Counted from the first letter of the stretch, positions 41,510 to 54,600 are shown. The stretch is 64,000 bases of DNA from Candidatus Nomurabacteria bacterium (GCA_021413905.1 JAIOPO010000005.1:2027-66026), one strand, 5' to 3'. Numbers and translations: made by a program. Notes: a model not told the origin generated them from the sequence alone.

Positions 41510-42274
41510 TTATAGTTTACTATATTTTCCAATCTTTGTCCGCTTGATGGAATACGCAAGTGCTGGTATATTTATTTTCTCTCCCAAAGAATGTGCAATC
41601 CCCCGCACGTATGTACCAGAGCCACATTTTATTTTGAAACTTGCAGAAAAAAATTGCTCAGGCAATTTTTTTCTGCCCAACCCCCCTAATTCTCTTTTCC
41701 AAATTTTTAAAATTTCTTTTTGTCTGAAATCACCATTTACTTTCGCAATTCTTTTTTCAATGTTTTCTAAAAGTTTTTCTCTGCCGATTTTTTTAATTTT
41801 TATAAATTTTAAACTTTTTACAAACACTTCTCTTGTCGGCGTTTCCACCTCTTCGCCTTCACGTGCATAAGCAAACAACGGCTTGCCTTTCACTGTCTTG
41901 GAAGAATACATCGGATATTTTTGCGTGAATTTTCCGGTAAAATATTTTAAATTTTCTTTTATATTTTTTTCTAAATTTTCACTCTTGAGGTCTTGCCTAA
42001 AGATTTTTTGCAGTTTTCCTAAAATATCATAAGTATCCGTCGCGAAGCCAAAAAGAATTTCAAATTCATATTCTTTATCCAAATTCAAATACTTTTCTTT
42101 TTGTTTGCATTCTTTCCCAACAAGCACTATCAAAAGCCCAGAGGCCATCGGGTCCAATCTACCAGCATAAGTCATCGGCATATCTTTGTATTCCTTATTC
42201 TTCGCACGAAATTGCTCCAACGCTTCCAGCGGAGTTTGTCCTTCTTTTTTGTTAAGTAAAATTACATTTTTCAT
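41510..42274 (-). CDS. truB: TruB-family tRNA pseudouridine synthase
   Basis: YAGRLDPMASGLLIVLVG resembles the TruB catalytic-Asp motif (GTLDPxAxGxL). Confidence 0.6.
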   Translation of the reverse strand: MKNVILLNKKEGQTPLEALEQFRAKNKEYKDMPMTYAGRLDPMASGLLIVLVGKECKQKEKYLNLDKEYEFEILFGFATDTYDILGKLQKIFRQDLKSENLEKNIKENLKYFTGKFTQKYPMYSSKTVKGKPLFAYAREGEEVETPTREVFVKSLKFIKIKKIGREKLLENIEKRIAKVNGDFRQKEILKIWKRELGGLGRKKLPEQFFSASFKIKCGSGTYVRGIAHSLGEKINIPALAYSIKRTKIGKYSKL

Positions 42275-42336
42275 TTATTTTAAAATCATAACACAGAACC
42301 TTTCTTTTTTCTTAAAATAATGTAGATTAAATATAT

Positions 42337-42421
42337 GGAAGCGTCGCATAGCGGTCTAGTGCGCAGACCTGGAAAGTCTGTGTGGGGCAACCCACCGAGA
42401 GTTCGAATCTCTCCGCTTCCG
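42337..42421 (+). tRNA. tRNA-Ser (anticodon GGA), type II
   Basis: The acceptor stem is GGAAGCG/CGCTTCC with discriminator G, the anticodon loop is CTGGAAA, a long variable arm is present, and the T-arm is GGTTCGAATCC. Confidence 0.85.
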
Positions 42422-42457
42422 CAAAATTTGGTATTTGTATTTTTTCTGCTATTATAA

Positions 42458-43315
42458 ATGCATCTTATGCGATATTTTTATTTAGTGGGTAAAATTTTAA
42501 TAGTTCTTTTTGCCACCATTGGGATGGTTTTTACTTTTATATTTTTCGGCATTCGTTATGGTTGGACAAATGTAAAAGGAACAATAAAAGAACGCAATGA
42601 TTCATTTCTAGAAAATCTACCTAAACAAAAATCAATAAATGAAATAATAAACGGCGTACAATACCCGCATTACGCTTGGGAAGATTCAGCAGAATGGCAA
42701 GTAATGAAAACTGTATTTATTCGAGACAAAGATATTATAAATAAAGCATCAATAGATGCAGGCATATCCCCTCGTATTTTACTCGGAGGTATTATCGGTG
42801 AACAATTCAGATTCTTTACAAATTCACGCGATTCATTTAAAAAATATTTTGAACCTTTAAAAATACTCGCTTCCCTTTCTAAATTTTCTTATGGCATAGC
42901 CGGATTAAAACCAGACACAGTGGCACGAATTGATGTAAATTTGAAAAATCCAAATTCTGTTTTTTATTTAGGAACTGATATGGAAAACATTGTGACTTAT
43001 CCTGACGGTGCAGATATAACAAAAACACAATTCGACAGAATTACAGATGTAAAAAATCCATATTACTCTTATCTCTACACAGGGCTTTTTATGAGACAAG
43101 TGACAATGCAATGGAATGCAAGTGGTGTAGACATATCAAATAATCCAGGTGTGCTTTCTACTTTATATAATTTGGGTTTCAATAGATCTATACCGAAATT
43201 AAATCCCGTGGCAGGTGGAGCAATTATCACAATAGATGGCACAGAATACAGCTTTGGACAATTAGGAGATGAATTTTATTATTCTGCAGAATTAAGAGAA
43301 GAATTTCCACAATAG
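42458..43315 (+). CDS. Hypothetical membrane-anchored protein
   Basis: An N-terminal TM segment is followed by a roughly 250-aa domain. E...SYGIAGLKPDT is faintly lytic-transglycosylase-like, which is very tentative. Confidence 0.35.
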   Translation: MHLMRYFYLVGKILIVLFATIGMVFTFIFFGIRYGWTNVKGTIKERNDSFLENLPKQKSINEIINGVQYPHYAWEDSAEWQVMKTVFIRDKDIINKASIDAGISPRILLGGIIGEQFRFFTNSRDSFKKYFEPLKILASLSKFSYGIAGLKPDTVARIDVNLKNPNSVFYLGTDMENIVTYPDGADITKTQFDRITDVKNPYYSYLYTGLFMRQVTMQWNASGVDISNNPGVLSTLYNLGFNRSIPKLNPVAGGAIITIDGTEYSFGQLGDEFYYSAELREEFPQ

Positions 43316-43353
43316 CATTGACATTATCAAACTTAATACTGTAAAATAGTAAT

Positions 43354-43770
43354 ATGGAACAAAATAAAAATATAGTAAATTATCATGGTCATTATTATGG
43401 AAAGTTAGTGCGTTCAATTTTTTTAATTGGCGCAATAATTATGATTGTCACTTATCCTTTTTTTAGTCCACTTATCAGTATTCCATTACCATTATTTTTG
43501 ACAACAATAATTCTATTAGTATTGGTTGGTGGTTTAATAGACCCATTATCAAAAATAATTTTTATTTTTACATCAATATTACCAGCACTAGGGTTAGTAA
43601 TGTTTGAATATTACGGTTTTTACGCATATCAACATCTACCAATAAACGACACAAAAAGTGTTTTATTTTTTTGGACAAATCAAATACTCGCTTTAATGTT
43701 TTTCTTTGCGACATATTTTTCTGTCAAAACATTACGTGCAATGTACGAAGGAACAATGACTTACGAATAA
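43354..43770 (+). CDS. Hypothetical polytopic membrane protein
   Basis: 138 aa with about 4 TM segments. No motifs. Confidence 0.35.
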   Translation: MEQNKNIVNYHGHYYGKLVRSIFLIGAIIMIVTYPFFSPLISIPLPLFLTTIILLVLVGGLIDPLSKIIFIFTSILPALGLVMFEYYGFYAYQHLPINDTKSVLFFWTNQILALMFFFATYFSVKTLRAMYEGTMTYE

Positions 43771-46292
<2,522 letters not shown>

Positions 46293-46298
46293 ATTTTA

Positions 46299-46895
46299 TT
46301 ATTGAATCCAATTAAATAAATTTTCTGAAAAAGAAATTTCTTTTTGTCCTGAACCTTGTTTCCAGTAAACGGTAGAAATGATTTTAATTTCATTATTAAA
46401 GTTTAAAGAATTACTCAAGCCATCAACTTTTATAGTTCGAACAAAACCAGAATCACGACCACTAACATAACCATATTTACCAGAATTTTCATCATATAAC
46501 ATAGGACAAATATTATTAACACAAGCAGGGACTAAAACACTAGTAATGCCATTATTATATAAATATATATCACCACGATCATTCAAATAACAACCAGTTA
46601 AAGATACAGCAACATCACAATTTACTAAAATATTTTTAAAATCATTCCAACCAGAAGTATTGGAAGTTAAAGCGAAACTATCTCGTATATTTCTCACATA
46701 TTCTACACCCTCTTGAGCTAAATATTCAGCTGTCATTTTTTGTTTAGCATAATTCGTATCAGAAATACCATTGGATAAAATAACCATCAAAGATAATATG
46801 GAAATAGAAAAAATAGAAATAGCTACAAGAGTTTCAATGATAGTAAAACCCTTATGAAAGTTAAATTTAATTTTTGTTAATGATGATATATTCAT
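46299..46895 (-). CDS. Type IV pseudopilin (prepilin-type N-terminal cleavage/methylation domain)
   Basis: KGFTIIETLVAISIFSI matches the G/FTxIE prepilin motif. Confidence 0.7.
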   Translation of the reverse strand: MNISSLTKIKFNFHKGFTIIETLVAISIFSISILSLMVILSNGISDTNYAKQKMTAEYLAQEGVEYVRNIRDSFALTSNTSGWNDFKNILVNCDVAVSLTGCYLNDRGDIYLYNNGITSVLVPACVNNICPMLYDENSGKYGYVSGRDSGFVRTIKVDGLSNSLNFNNEIKIISTVYWKQGSGQKEISFSENLFNWIQ

Positions 46896-46899
46896 ATAT

Positions 46900-47499
46900 T
46901 TAAGGTGTATCTAATAATCTTTGAGAGACAGAGGTTTGTAAAGAAAAAGGTGTTACTAATGTTCTTCCTTTGTAAGTTATTTCACCTATTAATTTTATTA
47001 AAATTAATGGTTGTTGATTGTCTGTAGGATTCGAACCAACGACCAAAAAACCTGAACCTGTTTTTAATTTTATATTATCAAGGCTTAATTTAGAAAAAAT
47101 TAAAGGATCAGTGTATGGTGCCAACACAACAGCTTTTAAAATTTCTCCATTATTATTTATATAATAAACCCACTCTGAATTATCAACTGAAGATTTAAAA
47201 GAAACACCCCAACAATTACTACCGTCTTTTACCGCATAACCTTCATTTAAATTTTGGTCTATACAATGATAATCATATCCTGTTCTTATATTTCTAGACA
47301 TATCCTCCATAATAAATGATAAATTATCCATAATATCACGATAATTTTGAGATTTGTTATGAAGTAAATTTGCATTTAACAATGCACCCATACCTATAAT
47401 TACTATTATTAGAAATAACGAAATAGCTATCATTGTTTCAATAATAGTAAAACCTTTTTCATTTACTTTTAATTTAATTTTAAATAAATTATTACTCAT
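46900..47499 (-). CDS. Type IV pseudopilin
   Basis: EKGFTIIETMIAISLFLIIV prepilin motif. Confidence 0.7.
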   Translation of the reverse strand: MSNNLFKIKLKVNEKGFTIIETMIAISLFLIIVIIGMGALLNANLLHNKSQNYRDIMDNLSFIMEDMSRNIRTGYDYHCIDQNLNEGYAVKDGSNCWGVSFKSSVDNSEWVYYINNNGEILKAVVLAPYTDPLIFSKLSLDNIKLKTGSGFLVVGSNPTDNQQPLILIKLIGEITYKGRTLVTPFSLQTSVSQRLLDTP

Positions 47500-47502
47500 A
47501 TA

Positions 47503-48099
47503 CTATTTTATTTGAACTTGACCTGATGGATAAATATCAATATTGGCACTTACGGATTGTGGTGAAATTATTTTTACAGAAATATATGAAACAGTACAAT
47601 TTAAAGTTGGTGAATAAAAAGAAGCTCCAACATTTGGTCTAGTATAGACTATATCAATATCATTAACACTAGAAGGACAACCGTTACCAAATACATTTAT
47701 ACTATTAATTCTATTATTTTTTGTAATATTAATACTATCTAAACATTCAGTACCAGAATTCAAACACCCGCCAGAACCTTCGTCGTATTGTTGATTTGAA
47801 TCATAGTCAGCAAAATATGTAAAAGAAGAAGGATTTGAAATATTAAAATAAATTCCATAAGAAGGACGCCATCCTATTGGTGCATTATTTTGAAATTTTC
47901 CAGACATTGCTGTTTTTTGAGCTTCGACTATTTTTAAAGCTATTTCATTTGATAAATTTCTAATATCTATTTTTTCTTGAAATTTAGCATAATTAAAGAT
48001 TATAGTAGAAGACATAATAGAAAAAATACCTAAAACAATAATAAGTTCTATATAAGTCATCCCCCTATTAAATTTAATTTTTTTATTTTTAAATTTCAT
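47503..48099 (-). CDS. Type IV pseudopilin
   Basis: NRGMTYIELIIVLGIFSIM prepilin motif. Confidence 0.7.
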   Translation of the reverse strand: MKFKNKKIKFNRGMTYIELIIVLGIFSIMSSTIIFNYAKFQEKIDIRNLSNEIALKIVEAQKTAMSGKFQNNAPIGWRPSYGIYFNISNPSSFTYFADYDSNQQYDEGSGGCLNSGTECLDSINITKNNRINSINVFGNGCPSSVNDIDIVYTRPNVGASFYSPTLNCTVSYISVKIISPQSVSANIDIYPSGQVQIK

Positions 48100-48108
48100 C
48101 AGAAAAAA

Positions 48109-48924
48109 TTAATGTGCAATTGAAAAAATATTTAATTCAAACAAAAATGAAATAAAAGAACCTATTATCAAAAAAGGAGCAAAAGGTATTTCGCTTTTAA
48201 TTTTATGTTTATCTGAAAAAAACAATAACAAAACACCGATAAAAGCGCCTGTCCAAAAAGAAATAACAACACCAGATAAAAGTCTTGAAATACCTAAAAA
48301 CCAACCAAGTGGAATCATTAATTTTGCATCACCTAAGCCCATCCATGTTCCCTTTGAAAATAACCACATAAGAGCAAAAGGAATAGATATAACAAAACCA
48401 GAAACAAATTCTGAAATATTTGGCAAATGTAAATTTAAAGAATAATCAGAAAATAAAAATAAACCACAAAAAGATAAAATACTTAAAAAAACCACCAACA
48501 TGTCTGGTATTATTTTATGTCGCATGTCATAAACAGCAATAATCATCAATAAACAAAAAAATACAGCATAATATCCGTAAGAAAAAATAAAATTAAAAAT
48601 ATTTCCATAAAAAATATTTTGAAGTTTAAAAAACAAAAGAGCAAACAGAAAACCTGTAATAAATTCAACTAAAAAATATTGAATAGATATATTTGTCTTA
48701 CAATTTTTACATTTACCTTTTAAAAATAAATAACTAAACATAGGTATTAATTCATACCAATTCAACTTATTTCTACAAGACATACAAGAAGACCTACCAC
48801 CAAAACTTTTTTGTGTATTATATCTCAAAATAACAACATTCAAAAAACTGCCGATAATAGCACCAAAAATGAAAAAAATAATTGTTAAAATTGAAACCAT
48901 AAAAATTAAATAAATTATTGACAA
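48109..48924 (-). CDS. pilD: Prepilin peptidase (A24 family)
   Basis: The N-terminal CxxC...CxxC zinc motif is CMSCRNK...CKNCK. The polytopic membrane core carries the catalytic Asp motifs (AVYDMRH, GLGDAKL). Confidence 0.85.
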   Translation of the reverse strand: MSIIYLIFMVSILTIIFFIFGAIIGSFLNVVILRYNTQKSFGGRSSCMSCRNKLNWYELIPMFSYLFLKGKCKNCKTNISIQYFLVEFITGFLFALLFFKLQNIFYGNIFNFIFSYGYYAVFFCLLMIIAVYDMRHKIIPDMLVVFLSILSFCGLFLFSDYSLNLHLPNISEFVSGFVISIPFALMWLFSKGTWMGLGDAKLMIPLGWFLGISRLLSGVVISFWTGAFIGVLLLFFSDKHKIKSEIPFAPFLIIGSFISFLFELNIFSIAH

Positions 48925-48990
48925 TGTATATTAACTTGTAAAAATAAATAAATGTTAATACTAACTAAGTATAACATATCTAAAAAACAA

Positions 48991-49017
48991 AAAACCACTC
49001 AAAAAGAGTGGTTTTTT
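48991..49017. terminator. Rho-independent terminator downstream of pilA
   Basis: A 10-bp stem AAAACCACTC/GAGTGGTTTT with loop AAAAA, flanked by A and T runs. Confidence 0.55.
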
Positions 49018-49034
49018 GTTAAAAATTATCTTTA

Positions 49035-49496
49035 TTAACTACACATACCAGCTGCAGCTGTTCCAGCTTTTGCCCAACCAGAACTATCAACACACCATGT
49101 TCCTCCACCTTTCAAAACAGGAACACTGATAGCCCATTTTTGACCATCAGCGCTTGTATTACAAACGGGAGCAGTACTTTGTGTTGTAATATGAGCAATA
49201 CCTGCAGTAACATTAGTATCAACAAACATAGTACCAGTTGTAGCACATGAATTCACAGCAGTACTTCCATCAGCATTATATTTATTACCATTAGAATCGT
49301 ACCACAATTCAGCTTGTGCACGGATATTAGACATATCTGCCTTAACAGCAGCATCTGAACCTTTTGATCGAGCAGAATTCAAAGAAGCCAAAACAACTGA
49401 AGCCAAAATACCAATAATAGCAACGACTACTAACAATTCTATTAATGTAAAACCTTTTTTAAAACTATTTTTTTTCATAATTATTTTTAAAAACAC
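49035..49496 (-). CDS. pilA: Type IV major pilin
   Basis: KKGFTLIELLVVVAIIGILASVVLASL is the canonical G/FTLIE class III signal. Two C-terminal Cys pairs are present. Confidence 0.8.
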   Translation of the reverse strand: MFLKIIMKKNSFKKGFTLIELLVVVAIIGILASVVLASLNSARSKGSDAAVKADMSNIRAQAELWYDSNGNKYNADGSTAVNSCATTGTMFVDTNVTAGIAHITTQSTAPVCNTSADGQKWAISVPVLKGGGTWCVDSSGWAKAGTAAAGMCS

Positions 49497-49575
49497 TTAA
49501 TTTATAATTTAACTTAACGATAAATCAGCAATGTAAAACTGATTTTTTTCGACTTATATTTAATGCACACTATTA

Positions 49576-49584
49576 TTATATCAC
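49576..49584 (-). promoter_or_regulatory. Candidate extended -10 element (TGATATAAT) of the pilA promoter
   Basis: The minus strand reads TGTGATATAAT about 80 nt upstream of the pilA ATG. A CCACAATAA direct repeat lies just upstream. No good -35 is evident. Confidence 0.3.
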
Positions 49585-49622
49585 AACTATTCTTTCCACA
49601 ATAAGTTATCCACAATAATAGA

Positions 49623-50831
49623 TTAACTTATACCTCCAGCAATATTATAAATAGGCATAAGAACAGAAACAAGAAGAATTCCAACTCCAAGACCCAATAC
49701 TACAATCATAACAGGTTCGATAAGTCCAACAAGTGTATCTACAGCATCATCAACTTCTCTTTTATAAAAATCAGCCAGTGTTTTTAATATTTGACCAAGA
49801 GAACCGGTTTCTTCACCAACACGTACCATCTGTACCATGATATTTGGCATTTCATTTGGATGTTTTTCCAAAGAAGCAGATAAAGTTAAACCAGATTTTA
49901 CACTATCAGCAGCATCTTTTAAAACTAATCTGTAAATTTTACTACCGACCACCTCAGCGGTAATATCTATGGCACGAACGATAGGAATACCAGAAGTAAG
50001 CATTGTATCCATATTGTCTGCCATACGAGAAAGATAAAGTTTTTTATACAAAGTACCAATTGCTGGAATAGACAGACGAATTTTGTCCAAATACTCCTTT
50101 CCTGTATTGGTTGAAGATAAACGCCAAATCCAAATCCCTAAAGAAATTAAAAAAATCAAAACGAGAAAACCATAATGTATAAAAAATCCTGAAAGACCTA
50201 TGATTATTTTTGTATAAAAAGGAACAACTTGTCCGGAATCTAAAATAATAGCAGATAATTTTGGAATAACGACCACGAACATCAAAGTCATAACAATAAA
50301 AAATGTAACAACGACAAAAGCTGGGTAAATAAGAGCATTTCTTGTTTTTGAAGTTAATGCATATTGCCTATCTAAATAATCCGCCAAATGAGAAAAAGTT
50401 TGATTTAATTTTCCTGTTTCTTCTCCAGACTTTACCATATTCACATAAAAATCAGAAAAAACATCTGGATGTTTTGCTAAAGCAGATGATATGGAAAAAC
50501 CAGCTTGTAAATCATCACCGATAATTGTTAATTTTTTAGACAATAATTTATTTTCTGCATTACTGGCCAACATAGTAAAAGTTTTTAATGCTGAAACTTG
50601 AGCTTCAAACAATGTTGAAATTTGTCTAGACAATATCACGACATCTTTCATTGGAACTTTTTCAAAAACAGATATCTCAAAAAAAGACTTTCTTTCATTT
50701 TCCTCTTTTATGGAAATAACAATAAATCCACGTCTTTGTAATCCACTAATAGCCACATCTTTATTTGATGCATCTATTGAACCTTCTCTGTTTATTCCTT
50801 TGTCGTCTACAACTTTATATTTAAAAAGCAT
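49623..50831 (-). CDS. pilC: Type IV pilus inner-membrane platform protein (GspF/PilC family)
   Basis: Two T2SS-F repeats flank TM segments (LTKTRNALIYPAFVV..., GEETGSLGQILKTLADFY). Confidence 0.85.
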   Translation of the reverse strand: MLFKYKVVDDKGINREGSIDASNKDVAISGLQRRGFIVISIKEENERKSFFEISVFEKVPMKDVVILSRQISTLFEAQVSALKTFTMLASNAENKLLSKKLTIIGDDLQAGFSISSALAKHPDVFSDFYVNMVKSGEETGKLNQTFSHLADYLDRQYALTSKTRNALIYPAFVVVTFFIVMTLMFVVVIPKLSAIILDSGQVVPFYTKIIIGLSGFFIHYGFLVLIFLISLGIWIWRLSSTNTGKEYLDKIRLSIPAIGTLYKKLYLSRMADNMDTMLTSGIPIVRAIDITAEVVGSKIYRLVLKDAADSVKSGLTLSASLEKHPNEMPNIMVQMVRVGEETGSLGQILKTLADFYKREVDDAVDTLVGLIEPVMIVVLGLGVGILLVSVLMPIYNIAGGIS

Positions 50832-50835
50832 AAAA

Positions 50836-51909
50836 TTACATTAATCTTTCCAAAGCATTTGGATTTAAAGAAAATTTATAAGCGTTCTCTATTGTTATTT
50901 CCCCCGCTCTGACTAATTCAATCAATGATTTATTTAAATCAACCATACCACTCTCAGAACCAGTTTCTATTACTATATCAATTTCGTGTGTGCGTTTCTC
51001 TCGAATTAAATTTGAAACAGCTTTATTGTTTATCAATAATTCATATGCCGGAATCAAACCACCAGTAATTCTAGGCACTAATCGTTGTGAAAAAATACCA
51101 AGCAGAGAAGAAGCTAATTGAACACGAATTTGATCTTGTTGTTCTGCAGGAAAAGAATCTATTATTCTATCAATTGTTTGTGATGCATTATTCGTATGAA
51201 GCGTAGAGAAAACCAAATGTCCAGTCTCTGCCGCTGTAACAGCCGTAGAGATAGTTTCAGTATTTCTCATTTCACCAATCATAATAACATTTACATCTTC
51301 ACGAAAAGCAGATTTTAAAGCAATATGAAAATCAGAAGTATCAATACCGACTTCACGCTGATTAATGATTGATTTTTCTGGTTTATAAATATGTTCAATC
51401 GGATCTTCGATTGTTAAGATATTTTTAGACTCTTTTTTATTTATTAAATTAATCATCGCAGACAGAGTAGTACTTTTACCTTGTCCAACAGGACCAACAA
51501 CTAAAAAGAAACCTTGTTTTTTTTGAGCTAAATCCGCAAGAATTGACGGTAATTTTAATTCTTCTAAATCTCCAACTTTTGGTATCAATCTTAAAGCAAT
51601 ACCGACAACACCTTTTTGGAAAAAAGCATTACATCGTAAACGAATTTTTTCAGGAGAATCAGCTAAAGTAAACTCATAAGAAAAATCAATCTCCTGTTTT
51701 TCTAAAAATTTATTTATTCTTTCTTTGTCTATTAAAACAGATAAAATAGATAAAACATCTTCTTTTGAAAATATAGGATGTTTCACTAATTGAATTAACT
51801 CACCATTTACACGAATAAAAGGATTTCTATCTACACCTAAATGCAAATCTGATCCGCCTTCACGAATAAGAGTTAAAATAAGTTCTTCTATTTCTTTTTT
51901 ATAATCCAT
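50836..51909 (-). CDS. pilT: Twitching-motility/retraction ATPase PilT
   Basis: 357 aa. Walker A is GPVGQGKSTT, with Asp box, Walker B and His box (EDPIEHIY). The N-terminus DLHL resembles PilT. Confidence 0.85.
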   Translation of the reverse strand: MDYKKEIEELILTLIREGGSDLHLGVDRNPFIRVNGELIQLVKHPIFSKEDVLSILSVLIDKERINKFLEKQEIDFSYEFTLADSPEKIRLRCNAFFQKGVVGIALRLIPKVGDLEELKLPSILADLAQKKQGFFLVVGPVGQGKSTTLSAMINLINKKESKNILTIEDPIEHIYKPEKSIINQREVGIDTSDFHIALKSAFREDVNVIMIGEMRNTETISTAVTAAETGHLVFSTLHTNNASQTIDRIIDSFPAEQQDQIRVQLASSLLGIFSQRLVPRITGGLIPAYELLINNKAVSNLIREKRTHEIDIVIETGSESGMVDLNKSLIELVRAGEITIENAYKFSLNPNALERLM

Positions 51910-51928
51910 ATTGTATTTTAGTTTTAAA

Positions 51929-52321
51929 TTAAGAAACTTTTTTAGGCATAATACCTAAAACCTGATCAATCACTTCAGATGGAGTGGAATTAGCTTTAAT
52001 TATAAAGCCGTCTACTCCCAATTCTTTACCTTTATCAATATCTTGTTGTTGACCTTTATTAGAAAGAATAACTTTTACTGAATTTTCAGAAAGTTTTTCA
52101 GAATTAATTTTTTCCAACAATTCAAAACCATCCATCTCAGGCATTATAATATCAGTTAAAATTATTGCCGGATTCAATCCTGACTTTAATTGTTCTAGAG
52201 CTTGCATTCCTCCAGAAGCAGTATGAACATCGAAATTATTTTGATTAAATTTCAACGCATACATATCCAAAAGGAAACCGTCATCATCAACTATTAAAAT
52301 TTTCTTTTTTTCTCCATCCAT
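51929..52321 (-). CDS. Stand-alone response-regulator receiver domain (CheY/PilH-like) inside the pilus locus
   Basis: ILIVDDDGFLLD...ILTDIIMPEMDGFELLEKI is a REC domain. The phospho-acceptor Asp is in the sequence context AIILTDIIMP. Confidence 0.7.
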   Translation of the reverse strand: MDGEKKKILIVDDDGFLLDMYALKFNQNNFDVHTASGGMQALEQLKSGLNPAIILTDIIMPEMDGFELLEKINSEKLSENSVKVILSNKGQQQDIDKGKELGVDGFIIKANSTPSEVIDQVLGIMPKKVS

Positions 52322-52392
52322 AAGTATCTATAATTATATAACAAATTTTTTTTTAGCAACAGCCCTCATATATATCCCTGTGGACAACTCGA

Positions 52393-54144
52393 TTAATCAT
52401 TATCATTTGAAAAATTATAGACCTCTTGAAAAGGTATAATACCGTCTATAGCTTTAAGCATAGCGTCTTCTCGCATCATAAGCATTCCATTTTTTCTAGC
52501 AACTTTATATATCTCAGAATCAATAGGATTTTTCAAAATAACATTTTGCATTTCTTTATCAACAGCAAACATTTCATAGACTGCTATACGTCCCCTTGTA
52601 CCAGATGGACATTCTGAAGAAGTTCCAGTTTCATACATTTCAGATTTAATTTCTATTTCTTTTTTAAATTCTTCTGGCAAATCTTTCATTTGTTCTTCTA
52701 TTTGAAGCTTGATACTTGGATCCATAGCAACAAGTTTACGAGCAGAAGGACAAGTCAGTCTAGACAAACGTTGAGCCACAGATAATACTAATGTTGGAGC
52801 AATAAGATAAGGATCGACTCCCATATCAATCAAACGTGGTATCGCACCTATAGCATTATTCGTATGCAAAGTAGACAAGACCAAATGTCCAGTCAAAGCT
52901 GCTTGAATTGCAAGCTCTGCTGTTTCCTTGTCACGTATTTCTCCAACCATAATCACATTTGGATCTTGACGCAATATAGAACGAAGACCTGATGCAAAAG
53001 TATATCCTATTTCTGGCATTATTTGAGATTGATTAATATCCGGCATATGATACTCAACAGGATCTTCTAGGGAAACTATGTTACTTTTTTCTTTATCCAA
53101 TTCATTCATCATAGAATAAAGAGTAGTGGATTTTCCAGATCCAGTAGGTCCTGTAATTAAAATAAGTCCGTATGGTTTTGTAATCGCTTCGCGAATCATT
53201 TCTAAATTTCTTTTAGACAAACCAAGTTCACTTAAAGGCTTTACTCCTTTTTCAGAATCCAAAATACGCATTACGACTTTTTCTCCATAATAAGAAGGCA
53301 TTGTTGAAACACGAAAATCTATTTTTCTACCATCAATACTTGTACTAAAAGATCCATCTTGTGGTTTTCTTTTTTCATCAAGTCTTAATTTTGCAAGTAT
53401 TTTAATACGAGCAACGACACCACTATGCACATTCGCAGGTAAAACTATCGTAGTATGCAAAGTTCCATCTACACGATAACGTACTTTTACTTTTTCACCA
53501 GTATGTTCTATATGTATATCTGAAGCATTACCTTCTATTGCATTACGTAAAATCACAGCTACGATTTTTATAACAGGTGCATCCTCTACTATTTTTGTAT
53601 CTTCGCCCTTTTTTAAAGATGAAATATCTTCATTTATTTTTTTCATTTCATCTATATTTTTTATATCTAAATTTTGATCATCGTTAAATTCTTCCAAGGC
53701 TTCACCAACTTGGTTGGATATTCCTTTATAATTTTCCATTATTTCAAAATAATCTGTTTTAGAAATTAAAAATATCTTAAAAGGTATGCCTATTTTAGCA
53801 GAGATAAATTGCAATGCATCCATTGCTTGAATATTTTCAGGATCCACAATACCAACTTCAAGAACACCATCTTTCAAATCTATCGGAGTACAATTATAAT
53901 GCCTAGCAGAATCTTCGGGAATATATTTTAATATATCAAAAGACATATTTTTAGCATCAATTTTTCTAACAGGAATATTAAAATAATCTCCTTTTGTTTC
54001 CAATATTTTTTCTTCAGAAACACCAAAATCAGCTAAAGAAGTGTCAATATCGCCATTATATTTCTCTTGAGCTCGATTTTTAATCTCACCTATTTGGCTT
54101 TCATCTATCAAACCTTTTTTTGATAATTCTTCTAAAAAACTCAT
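52393..54144 (-). CDS. pilB: Type IV pilus assembly ATPase PilB (GspE family)
   Basis: An N-terminal GSPII_E_N domain is followed by Walker A GPTGSGKSTTL, the His box and a tetra-Cys motif (CPS...C). Confidence 0.85.
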   Translation of the reverse strand: MSFLEELSKKGLIDESQIGEIKNRAQEKYNGDIDTSLADFGVSEEKILETKGDYFNIPVRKIDAKNMSFDILKYIPEDSARHYNCTPIDLKDGVLEVGIVDPENIQAMDALQFISAKIGIPFKIFLISKTDYFEIMENYKGISNQVGEALEEFNDDQNLDIKNIDEMKKINEDISSLKKGEDTKIVEDAPVIKIVAVILRNAIEGNASDIHIEHTGEKVKVRYRVDGTLHTTIVLPANVHSGVVARIKILAKLRLDEKRKPQDGSFSTSIDGRKIDFRVSTMPSYYGEKVVMRILDSEKGVKPLSELGLSKRNLEMIREAITKPYGLILITGPTGSGKSTTLYSMMNELDKEKSNIVSLEDPVEYHMPDINQSQIMPEIGYTFASGLRSILRQDPNVIMVGEIRDKETAELAIQAALTGHLVLSTLHTNNAIGAIPRLIDMGVDPYLIAPTLVLSVAQRLSRLTCPSARKLVAMDPSIKLQIEEQMKDLPEEFKKEIEIKSEMYETGTSSECPSGTRGRIAVYEMFAVDKEMQNVILKNPIDSEIYKVARKNGMLMMREDAMLKAIDGIIPFQEVYNFSNDND

Positions 54145-54147
54145 AAT

Positions 54148-54600
54148 TTAAGGTGTTAAAGTTTTATTAGTATTTGTTTTTGTATTAGTATTTGTTGGAA
54201 TAATATTTGATAAATTATCAACAGAATTTACATTAACCGGAACAACGTTTGATAAATTTACAGGTATTACATTAACGTCTGAACCAATAGGAGCAAATGG
54301 ATTCGGTCTACCTTCTGTACCATCTTGAACCAAAACAATACTTGAATCGTGTAAATTATTAAAAATAGAATCTTTCAACAAAGAATCATCTAATTTAATA
54401 TTCTTAACATTTAAAAGCAAAGACAGAAAATCACTTCCTGGAATATTTGTACTATCTGTAATATTTTGAACATTTGTATTGTTTACAGTTGAAACAAGTC
54501 CGGCAGTTTCACTATTTGGTTTCATTAAAAAAACATAAATAGAAACCAGAGATCCGGCGACTAATATCAATATTATAAATGTTTTTATTTTTGAAGACAT
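54148..54600 (-). CDS. Hypothetical membrane-anchored protein in the pilus locus (PilP-like position)
   Basis: An N-terminal TM segment is followed by an N/T-rich C-terminus, which includes a tandem TATTAGTATTTGTT coding repeat. Confidence 0.35.
   Translation of the reverse strand: MSSKIKTFIILILVAGSLVSIYVFLMKPNSETAGLVSTVNNTNVQNITDSTNIPGSDFLSLLLNVKNIKLDDSLLKDSIFNNLHDSSIVLVQDGTEGRPNPFAPIGSDVNVIPVNLSNVVPVNVNSVDNLSNIIPTNTNTKTNTNKTLTP

Noticed and set aside
54150-54200. Tandem TATTAGTATTTGTT repeat, checked as a possible CRISPR or VNTR
   Set aside because: Only two units, inside a CDS, encoding an N/T-rich tail. No repeat-spacer architecture anywhere in the window and no cas1 or other cas genes, so no CRISPR.
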